From the NCBI GenBank assembly GCA_046046315.1, contig JBJOKB010000042.1, positions 1 to 46,225 of the forward strand: a DNA stretch of 46,225 nt. The letters are read 5' to 3'. The position numbers and the translations under genes are program-made. The stretch is from Actinomycetota bacterium. GTDB lineage: Bacteria; Actinomycetota; Actinomycetes; S36-B12; UBA5976. Shown one piece after another: positions 9,725 to 17,484 of this stretch. A model generated the notes under the pieces. The model was not told where the DNA came from and ran no database searches. It saw nothing but the letters and a program-made list of their open reading frames with translations. Numbering within the stretch: position 1 is the stretch's first letter; each line of letters opens with the position of its first letter.

Positions 9725-11583
9725 TGTCCACACAGATCCCTCAAGAATGGAAACCAGGTTTTCCTGTAATTAATTCAGGTTTTTTAAGAATCTCTGCATC
9801 ACAAGTCGGAGCCGACGAAAACAGGGCCTGCAATGACTTCATTTCCCTTAAATCAAGGCCAGCTGCAAAAATTGGTGAAGGCTATATGCAACTTCGCTAT
9901 TCTCCATTTGAAACTTTTCCATTAGGAATAGTTAGAGAAGCTCTACTTTCCACAATCAATAATGAGAAAGTAATTCATGAATTTGAAGATATTGATGAAA
10001 TTGCTGAAAATGCAATCTTAAAAGCTATAAAGAATGCCCGGGGCAAAGTGGAGCAATCGCATAAATTATGGGCAATAGATGCATTAACTGGATATTTAAA
10101 TTCCTGGGAGAAAGCACGCAAAGAAGATTTAGCCAACAACATTGACTTCACTGATTTAGAAATAATTCAAGCATTTGACGAAAATGAGGATTCAAATATT
10201 GAGTGGTTTGCCTGGGGCATTTATCTAACGTCTCGAGATGAAAAAATACGAGAATTCAGAGCATTAAAGTTTTCTAAAGCGGGTTTAACACCAATCAATC
10301 CAGTTAGGTTAGGAGTTATTGCTCGAATCCTTGCCGATGGCGTTCCCCACAGTGATCCGAGTTGGAGTTCACCTAGGGATCCAATTTATAAAGTTTTAAA
10401 ACCGGCAGAAAAAATAAGAATCAGAGAAATTGCTTGTTTGGATTCAAGTCAAGCAGTTGTTTTAGACGCAAGTGTTACTGAAGCTAGAGAAATGTTTACT
10501 AAACAATCATTACCAATTGTGATTGAAAGAATTAAAGGTGGTACTCAAAAACCTGGCCCAAGTTGTCGTGGCTGTAGAGCAAACACAATGTGTTCTGCTT
10601 TGCCAATTCGTCCAGGACTTTTAGGTATCACAGCGTTTGCTCCTTGGCCTAAGGCTTACTCCCCTTCAAAATTTCACACTTACAGAAGATGTCCTAGGCA
10701 ATATTTTTTGCAAGATGAACTTGGTTTAAAAACTAACCAAGAAAGTCAAAACTCTGCTCAGCAAAGAGGGTTACTTGTGCACGCATGGCTTGAACATGCA
10801 CATAAAAGAGCGAAACGATGTTCAATTGAAGATTTACCAACAACTTCAACTTTAGGTGAAGTTGCAACAGCTCTTGGTTGGTCACAAGATGAAGCAAACA
10901 TTGCTCTGCCATTTCTTTCTCAACACCAATTGACTTGTCCAATTACAAACACTTCGAAAGTCGCCACAGAAATAGCAATAGAAGCACTTGATACCGATGC
11001 CGATATTTCAGTTAGCACAAGGCCAGATCTTATTTATAAAAATGGCAACGATTTAGTGTGGCGAGAAATGAAAACTGTATCAAATATTAAAGATTTAGAA
11101 AATAACATTTACTTTAATATTTATCCACAATTACCACTTGCTATCAGATTAATGGTAGAAAATGCGATACCCAAAAATATTATTGAATCTTTAGGTGAAT
11201 TTAAATATAAAAAAGTTGAATTAGAACTTATTTCTCCAGAAGAATGTAAAACTATTACCTGGGATTGTGATGATCAAAATGTGCAATTATCAGCTTGGTC
11301 ACAATTAGCCGAACAAGTCGACAATTGGGCAAGTGACACACTTTTTGCACCTTCTGCCAATCCCCCTTGTAATTGGTGCAAAGTTAGTAAGTGGTGTGAG
11401 TTTGCAAACGCAGAACTAGTTAAAGCCGATATCGGTGGCTTACAAGTTGATCTAAAAACAGGTGAAATTATCGACAATGCTTCTATACCTTTAATTAGCA
11501 ACGATGATCGTGTAGCAAAAGCATTAGGACTTGCTGCTTCACTTGCTGAGGTCAGTGAATCTGATGAAGAAATTCCTTTTTAG
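9724..11583 (+). CDS. tandem double Cas4-like PD-(D/E)XK/Fe-S module protein with an SSB-like acidic C-terminal tail
   Basis: Module 1 has C36 plus C281-x2-C284-x5-C290 (CRGCRANTMC), but no clear D...ExK. Module 2 has C323 (YRRCPRQYF), LLVHAWLEHAH, RPD435LIY, WRE448MK450T and C549-x2-C552-x5-C558 (CNWCKVSKWC). The protein ends in ...SESDEEIPF. Confidence 0.65.
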   Translation: MSTQIPQEWKPGFPVINSGFLRISASQVGADENRACNDFISLKSRPAAKIGEGYMQLRYSPFETFPLGIVREALLSTINNEKVIHEFEDIDEIAENAILKAIKNARGKVEQSHKLWAIDALTGYLNSWEKARKEDLANNIDFTDLEIIQAFDENEDSNIEWFAWGIYLTSRDEKIREFRALKFSKAGLTPINPVRLGVIARILADGVPHSDPSWSSPRDPIYKVLKPAEKIRIREIACLDSSQAVVLDASVTEAREMFTKQSLPIVIERIKGGTQKPGPSCRGCRANTMCSALPIRPGLLGITAFAPWPKAYSPSKFHTYRRCPRQYFLQDELGLKTNQESQNSAQQRGLLVHAWLEHAHKRAKRCSIEDLPTTSTLGEVATALGWSQDEANIALPFLSQHQLTCPITNTSKVATEIAIEALDTDADISVSTRPDLIYKNGNDLVWREMKTVSNIKDLENNIYFNIYPQLPLAIRLMVENAIPKNIIESLGEFKYKKVELELISPEECKTITWDCDDQNVQLSAWSQLAEQVDNWASDTLFAPSANPPCNWCKVSKWCEFANAELVKADIGGLQVDLKTGEIIDNASIPLISNDDRVAKALGLAASLAEVSESDEEIPF

Positions 11584-11619
11584 GCTTACCCCAAAAGATA
11601 AATTTTCCATGCTGAGTGA

Positions 11620-13137
11620 TTGGATTTAAATATGACAAGTCAAGTGATGCTAGTTCCAGACTCAGTTGCAAATCCTAATAATGATGCAACTGCCAAATTA
11701 TTGGCAAAAGTACCCACTGGAATATTAATTGGCGACAAATTCGTAGATGGTTCTAATCAACCATTCAATGTAACTGATCCTGCTAACGGTGAATTATTAA
11801 CAAAAGTTGCAAATGCTGGAGTTTCAGATTTACAGAAAGCTTTAGATTTTGCAGTTGTGGCTCAAGAAAAATGGGCTAAAACAGCTCCAAGGGTTAGAGG
11901 TGAAGTTTTAAGAAAAACTTATGAATTGATGATCGCCCAAGCAGATGATTTGGCAATGCTGATGTCTTTAGAAAATGGAAAAACTTTAGTTGATGCAAAA
12001 GCAGAGGTTAATTATGCTGCAGAATTTTTTCGGTGGTTTTCTGAAGAGGCTGTAAGAATTGATGGCTCCATTAGAAATGCGCCAAGTGGAGCGAATCGCA
12101 TTTTGACTTATAAACAACCAATTGGAATTGCATTTCTAATAACACCTTGGAATTTTCCTGCTGCTATGTACACCAGAAAAGTTGGAGCTGCTCTAGCTGC
12201 AGGTTGTGCAGCAATTTTGAAACCTGCATCTGAAACGCCCCTAACCGCCTTGGCAATCAGCAAAATCATGTTGGAAGCTGGAGTCCTTCCCGGGACAATT
12301 TCAGTTCTTCAAACAAATCAACCAGGACCTTTAACAGATGCTGCACTTGCAGATGAACGAATCGGAAAATTATCCTTCACAGGTTCTACTGGAATTGGAA
12401 AAATGTTATTAAAGAAAGCTGCAGAAAGAGTTTTAAATTGTTCTATGGAACTTGGTGGAAACGCACCATTTATTGTGTTAGATGATGCCGACATAGATTC
12501 CGCAATCGAAGGTGCCATGATTGCAAAAATGCGCAATGGTGGTCAGGCTTGCACAGCAGCAAACCGATTCTTTGTGCAAGAAAAGGTTCACGATGAATTT
12601 GTGTCTAAACTTGCCCAAAAAATGGGTGCATTAAAAGTTGGGCATGGAACTTCATCAGATACAAGTCTTGCTCCTCTAGTTAACCGAAAAGCAGTTGGAT
12701 CAGTCGGCGAATTAGTAAATGACGCAATCAGTAAAGGTGCTACACAATTAGTTGGGGGAACTCCATCTCCTGGGCCTGGTTGTTACTTTCCTGCAACTGT
12801 TTTAGGAAATGTATCGGCTGATGCCAAAATAATTTCGGAGGAAGTTTTTGGTCCAGTTGCTGCCGTAGTTAAAGTTAAAGATGAAGCAGAAGCATTAATG
12901 ATTTCAAATAAATCAGAATATGGTTTAGCTGGATACATCTATACCAAGAATTTATCCCGCGGCTTAAAAGTTAGTGAAGCTTTACAGGTTGGAATGATTG
13001 GCTTAAACCGCGGATTAGTCTCTGATCCCTCTGCCCCATTTGGCGGAGTAAAACAATCTGGATTAGGCCGCGAAGGTGGTTATGAAGGAATTGACGAGTA
13101 TTTAGAAATTAAGTACGTAGCAACTAACGACTTTTAA
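11620..13137 (+). CDS. gabD: NAD(P)+-dependent succinate-semialdehyde dehydrogenase (aldehyde dehydrogenase family)
   Basis: ALDH motifs FTGSTGIG, ELGGNAPFIV and the catalytic Cys context GQACTAANR. The true start may be the ATG at 11632 rather than the TTG at 11620. Confidence 0.82.
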   Translation: MDLNMTSQVMLVPDSVANPNNDATAKLLAKVPTGILIGDKFVDGSNQPFNVTDPANGELLTKVANAGVSDLQKALDFAVVAQEKWAKTAPRVRGEVLRKTYELMIAQADDLAMLMSLENGKTLVDAKAEVNYAAEFFRWFSEEAVRIDGSIRNAPSGANRILTYKQPIGIAFLITPWNFPAAMYTRKVGAALAAGCAAILKPASETPLTALAISKIMLEAGVLPGTISVLQTNQPGPLTDAALADERIGKLSFTGSTGIGKMLLKKAAERVLNCSMELGGNAPFIVLDDADIDSAIEGAMIAKMRNGGQACTAANRFFVQEKVHDEFVSKLAQKMGALKVGHGTSSDTSLAPLVNRKAVGSVGELVNDAISKGATQLVGGTPSPGPGCYFPATVLGNVSADAKIISEEVFGPVAAVVKVKDEAEALMISNKSEYGLAGYIYTKNLSRGLKVSEALQVGMIGLNRGLVSDPSAPFGGVKQSGLGREGGYEGIDEYLEIKYVATNDF

Positions 13138-13799
13138 GGTCTAACTACTGGCACCTCAGGTGTTGAAACATCGTAAGTTGACCCTGCCATTCTTCTTAAA
13201 ACTTTTAATACAGCACTTTTTTCTTGCGCTTTATCAACATTGCCCCACAAAACTTTTCTACCATTTGTCATGATTAACCACATCGAACTTGGATTATCTG
13301 CATTTGTTGACGCGACTTCTGCTTTTAGCCAGTCTGGAAAACTTTGCCAAACAACATAACTTGATGCTCTAGAAGCATCATCTGGACCACTGATGAATGG
13401 GAAAGAAGTCTCTGCTGGAGCTGGTAAATATGCAATCCCTGTCTCGTCAACTAAATATTTAACACCTGCCACATCTGTTATTGCAACTGGTTTTCTTTCA
13501 GTAACTTCGATGACCAAAGTTGAAGGCCAGCCTCTTCTTACTTCTGCCCTACCAATTTGTGGAATGGATTTTAATCTGTCAACAACTGAGTTAGTTGGAA
13601 TTCTTAAAAGTTGGGTGCTTAAGGAAACTTGCGCGGTATCAGAAATCAATTGAACAGGAACTTCCTGGGCTCCCCGTATATCTATTTTCTTTACAATTAA
13701 TAGATTTGAATACCAGCCAATGTAAATAAGCGTTGTCGATATCGCGGCAATTAATACAATTCCAAAAAAGATTCGTCGCCGAATGTGTCTTTTAATCAC
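13134..13799 (-). CDS. ftsQ: cell division protein FtsQ
   Basis: N-terminal basic stretch plus a single TM helix, then a POTRA/FtsQ-type periplasmic domain. Has a 4-nt overlap with murC upstream. Confidence 0.8.
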   Translation of the reverse strand: MIKRHIRRRIFFGIVLIAAISTTLIYIGWYSNLLIVKKIDIRGAQEVPVQLISDTAQVSLSTQLLRIPTNSVVDRLKSIPQIGRAEVRRGWPSTLVIEVTERKPVAITDVAGVKYLVDETGIAYLPAPAETSFPFISGPDDASRASSYVVWQSFPDWLKAEVASTNADNPSSMWLIMTNGRKVLWGNVDKAQEKSAVLKVLRRMAGSTYDVSTPEVPVVRP

Positions 13800-15205
13800 G
13801 ATTTATTGCGGGCCTCAAGAAGTGTTAAAACTTCAGGAGCTAATAATCCAATATCTCCGGCCCCTAAAGTCATGATGATGTCATTGGGTTTGGATCGATC
13901 AACTAATTGTTGTGCAACTTTTGACCAGGAAGGTTCAAAAACCACTTGTTCTTTTGGAAGGGGAACAAGGGAAGCCATCGTTTGACCACTGGCACCAGGT
14001 ATTGCTTCCTCACCTGGAGCAAACACTTCTAAGACCACGACTTGATCAGCCAAACCAAGTGCTTCTCCAAATTCTTTGTTAAATAAAGCGGTTCGGTAAT
14101 AATGATGAGCTTGAAAAGCAACAACTATTTTTCCACCATCTGCAACATCACGTGCTGCCTTTAAAGTTGCAGCTATTTCAGTTGGGTGATGCGCGTAATC
14201 GTCATAAACGCGTATCCCACTTGCACTTCCTTTAAATTCGAATCTTCTGCGTGTTCCAGAAAATTTTTCAATACCATTCTTTAATTTATTGAATTCTTTT
14301 CCAAGTCCCAAACCGACACTTAATGCTGCTGCAGCATTTAAGGCATTATGAAGTCCCAGAACTTTAAGTTCAATTCTTCCTAAGTTCTGACCTTCAAAAT
14401 TAACATCAAAAGAGGGCCCTGGAAGCCCCAATTTTAATTTTGAAATGTGTAAATCACTTGCTGGATCCTTTCCGTATGCGATAACTTTTATTCCTAATGC
14501 TCTAGCCTTAGAAATTAAGTTTTTTCCACCCTCATCATCTGCGCAAATTACAGCAAAACCATTTCTATTCTTTGTTAATTTACAAAACTCAACAAATGCT
14601 TCTTCAATTTTGTCAAACGTTTTCCAATGATCTAAATGATCCGGTTCAACATTTGTGACCACTGCAACCTTTGGCGATAAGAATAAAAATGAACCATCAG
14701 ACTCATCTGCTTCTACTACAAAATTGTTTCCTGTTCCCAAGTGAGCATTAGAACCTGTTTCTGATAATTCACTACCTATAGCAAAAGATGGATCTTCTCC
14801 ACATGCCTGTAATGCCACAGTGACCATGGATGTGGTCGTGGTTTTTCCATGGGTACCTGAAACAGCAATAGTTTCAAATTGTCGCGTCAATGCACCAAGA
14901 GCATCTGCTCTACGCAAAATTTTTAAATTCTTTTCCCGAGCAGCAATTAATTCAGGGTTATTTTCCTTAATTGCTGTGGAATGAATAACAGTTTGACAAT
15001 TGTTTAAATTTTCTGGGTCATGACCTACGAATACTTTTACACCTATTTTTCTAAGCGCTTCAAGTCTTCTTGATTCCTTGGCATCAGTTCCGCTAACTTC
15101 AACACCTTGTGCGACTAAAAGTCTGGCAATTCCCGACATCCCAGCTCCACCTAAACCAAGAATGTGAACTCTGCCTAAATCTGAAATTTCTTTACTCACT
15201 GTCAT
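13796..15205 (-). CDS. murC: UDP-N-acetylmuramate--L-alanine ligase
   Basis: GLGGAGMSG and the Mur ligase P-loop GTHGKTTTTSM. Position in the dcw cluster supports it. Confidence 0.93.
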   Translation of the reverse strand: MTVSKEISDLGRVHILGLGGAGMSGIARLLVAQGVEVSGTDAKESRRLEALRKIGVKVFVGHDPENLNNCQTVIHSTAIKENNPELIAAREKNLKILRRADALGALTRQFETIAVSGTHGKTTTTSMVTVALQACGEDPSFAIGSELSETGSNAHLGTGNNFVVEADESDGSFLFLSPKVAVVTNVEPDHLDHWKTFDKIEEAFVEFCKLTKNRNGFAVICADDEGGKNLISKARALGIKVIAYGKDPASDLHISKLKLGLPGPSFDVNFEGQNLGRIELKVLGLHNALNAAAALSVGLGLGKEFNKLKNGIEKFSGTRRRFEFKGSASGIRVYDDYAHHPTEIAATLKAARDVADGGKIVVAFQAHHYYRTALFNKEFGEALGLADQVVVLEVFAPGEEAIPGASGQTMASLVPLPKEQVVFEPSWSKVAQQLVDRSKPNDIIMTLGAGDIGLLAPEVLTLLEARNKS

Positions 15206-15214
15206 TTGGTGACT

Positions 15215-16297
15215 CTATTTTTGTGCACGAACTAAGGCTAACGCGGCTTGTGCCACTTTCTTGTCAGCATCGCGCAGTGCATGAGCACTTGCAGCTTGTG
15301 ACATTTCCATTAATTTTGTGGGATTACCTAAAAGTTCTTTTATTTGCGTTTGTAAAACCGCACCAGAAAGATTTGAATCTGAAATAAGCACTCCCCCACC
15401 GTCTTTAATGAGTTGCGAAACGTTTTGAGTTTGTTCGCCATTTCCAACAGCAAACGGGACATAAATTGCTGGCATGCCCAGCACTGTTTGCTCAGCAATC
15501 GTCATAGCCCCGGCACGCGAAATTACTAAATCAGCAGCGGCGTAGGCATCTTCCATTTTTTCAATATATGAAACTGGGTGGTAAAAACTATATTTTTTAG
15601 TAGATTCATCCACACTATTCTTATTGCCAATTGAATGTAAAATTTGAATATTTAATTCGTCTAGTGATGCTAAACATTCAACAATTGATTTATTTATATT
15701 TTTAGATCCTTGAGATCCTCCGAAAACCAGAATTGTTTTTTTGTCTGGATCTAGCCCAAAATTTATTCGAGCTTGAATTCTTGAATTCTGTCTATTTAAA
15801 CTAGAAATTTCTTTCCTAATTGGCATTCCAATTGTTTGCGCGCCTTTAATTGAATCGGGAAACATCTGGAAAATCTGCTTTGCGAATTTACTCCCAACCC
15901 TATTTGCAAGTCCTGCTTTCTTATTACCCTCATGAATAATTACCGGAATATTCAATTTTTTTGCTGCTAAGTAAACGGGCAAAGAAACATAGGCACCAAA
16001 ACCGATAATGCAATCTACTTTTCTTTCAATCAATAATTTTTGTGAAATATTTCTAGCTGACCATAATCTAAATGGAAGACTAAATGTGCTCAAGCTAATT
16101 TTTCTTGGTAGCGGAGTTGCAGGAATTAGGGCTAATTCAAGTCCTCTTTGAGGAACAATGTTTTTCTCAAGACCTTTGCCAGTGCCAATTATAAAAACTT
16201 CAGCATTATTATCTAATTCTTTTATTGCTTTTGCGCAAGCAATGGCAGGTTCAATATGGCCGGCGGTTCCTCCAGCAGCTAATGCAATTACGCTCAT
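15215..16297 (-). CDS. murG: undecaprenyldiphospho-muramoylpentapeptide beta-N-acetylglucosaminyltransferase
   Basis: AAGGTAGHIEPA and FGGSQGS motifs. Position in the dcw cluster supports it. Confidence 0.93.
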   Translation of the reverse strand: MSVIALAAGGTAGHIEPAIACAKAIKELDNNAEVFIIGTGKGLEKNIVPQRGLELALIPATPLPRKISLSTFSLPFRLWSARNISQKLLIERKVDCIIGFGAYVSLPVYLAAKKLNIPVIIHEGNKKAGLANRVGSKFAKQIFQMFPDSIKGAQTIGMPIRKEISSLNRQNSRIQARINFGLDPDKKTILVFGGSQGSKNINKSIVECLASLDELNIQILHSIGNKNSVDESTKKYSFYHPVSYIEKMEDAYAAADLVISRAGAMTIAEQTVLGMPAIYVPFAVGNGEQTQNVSQLIKDGGGVLISDSNLSGAVLQTQIKELLGNPTKLMEMSQAASAHALRDADKKVAQAALALVRAQK

Positions 16298-17484
16298 TTA
16301 ATTGCTCTTAAAGATTTCTTCTTTTTTAGTTCTGCCTTAACGCTTGGTTCAGCCCTCAATACAGACATCAGAACTCCAATTGCACTCATCGTAAAAACTA
16401 ACGAAGAACCTCCATAAGAAACTAAAGGTAAAGGAACTCCAGTAACGGGCAACAATCCCAAAACTGCTCCAACATTAATAATCGATTGCACAACAATCCA
16501 AGACATTACAGCTGTGGCAATTAACTTAGTAAACAAATCGTTGGTTTTTCTTGCCAACGTTAGTGCCACGTAAGCAATTGTGCCGATAAGAATCAATACG
16601 ATCACAGTTCCGATTAATCCCAACTCTTCTCCAACAACCGCAAAAATAAAATCTGTATGGGCAGCTGGTAACCAACCCCATTTTTCTTTACTTGCCCCTA
16701 AACCGATTCCAGTCCAACCTCCAGAAGCAAGAGCATATTTTCCATGAGTAACTTGCCATCCTGCATCTTGATTTTCTGCAGTTGGATTTATCCAAGATAA
16801 AAATCTTTGAACTCGATAACCCTCTTGAATTGAAAGAATTAGAATTCCTAGTAGTCCAGCTAAAGCAGACCAGGTGAATAGTTTTATTGGTGCTCCAACT
16901 GCGAAGAATAATGAAAGTAAAATTGGACCAATAATTAAAGCTGTTCCTAAATCACCTTCCATAATTACTAATATTGCAATGATTGCACCAACTGGAAAAA
17001 CGGGAATTAAGAGATTTTGCCAAGTTGTGATTTTTGATCTTATTTGCTTACTTAAAACTACAGAGCCCCAAACAATTAAAGTTAATTTGGCGATTTCACT
17101 TGGTTGTAATCTAAATGGTCCCCATAGACTTATCCAGTTTCTTTGGCCCGCAACAGATATTCCAATTCCTGGAATTAAAACCAATACGAGTAGCAAAATA
17201 GATAGCCATAACGCTGCTTTGGCCCACTTAAAAAAGAAAACCTTCGGTAGAAGTGAAATTGCCAACATCATAACTACGCCAATTCCTGCAAACATAAGTT
17301 GACGCAAGAAAATGATGTATTGATTATTGAATTGTTTATAGGAAACTGTTGTTGATGCTGACAAAATCATCACGATGCCGATAAAAAGCAGTCCAAAAGT
17401 TGCGATTAATAGCGCGTAGTAGAGTTTTGCTGAAATTCTTACAGAAGATCCGGTGTCGCTTTTTGTTGGATTTTGGGTAACCAT
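16294..17484 (-). CDS. ftsW: SEDS-family peptidoglycan polymerase FtsW
   Basis: Polytopic protein of about 10 TM helices in the FtsW/RodA family (PLPLVSYGGSS), located between murD and murG. Confidence 0.9.
   Translation of the reverse strand: MVTQNPTKSDTGSSVRISAKLYYALLIATFGLLFIGIVMILSASTTVSYKQFNNQYIIFLRQLMFAGIGVVMMLAISLLPKVFFFKWAKAALWLSILLLVLVLIPGIGISVAGQRNWISLWGPFRLQPSEIAKLTLIVWGSVVLSKQIRSKITTWQNLLIPVFPVGAIIAILVIMEGDLGTALIIGPILLSLFFAVGAPIKLFTWSALAGLLGILILSIQEGYRVQRFLSWINPTAENQDAGWQVTHGKYALASGGWTGIGLGASKEKWGWLPAAHTDFIFAVVGEELGLIGTVIVLILIGTIAYVALTLARKTNDLFTKLIATAVMSWIVVQSIINVGAVLGLLPVTGVPLPLVSYGGSSLVFTMSAIGVLMSVLRAEPSVKAELKKKKSLRAIK

Noticed and set aside
8801-11583. Cas4-like nucleases as a sign of a CRISPR-Cas locus
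   Set aside because: There is no repeat-spacer array and no cas1/cas2 or effector genes anywhere in the window. The Cas4-like fold is shared with AddB and Exo5-type repair nucleases.
11620-11631. TTG start for gabD given by the ORF track
   Set aside because: It is not rejected outright, but the ATG at 11632 (MTSQVML...) is an equally or more plausible start. Neither has a strong RBS, so the N-terminus is left uncertain.
16874-17302. 142-aa plus-strand ORF inside ftsW. Similar antisense ORFs occur at 31077-31475, 41421-41780, 43508-43837, 3996-4328, 21538-21855 and 5218-5496.
   Set aside because: All are embedded antisense within strongly supported conserved genes (ftsW, dnaE2, aroG/LytR_C, pfk, pgeF, murE, ftsZ). 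They lack recognisable motifs and are typical shadow ORFs.
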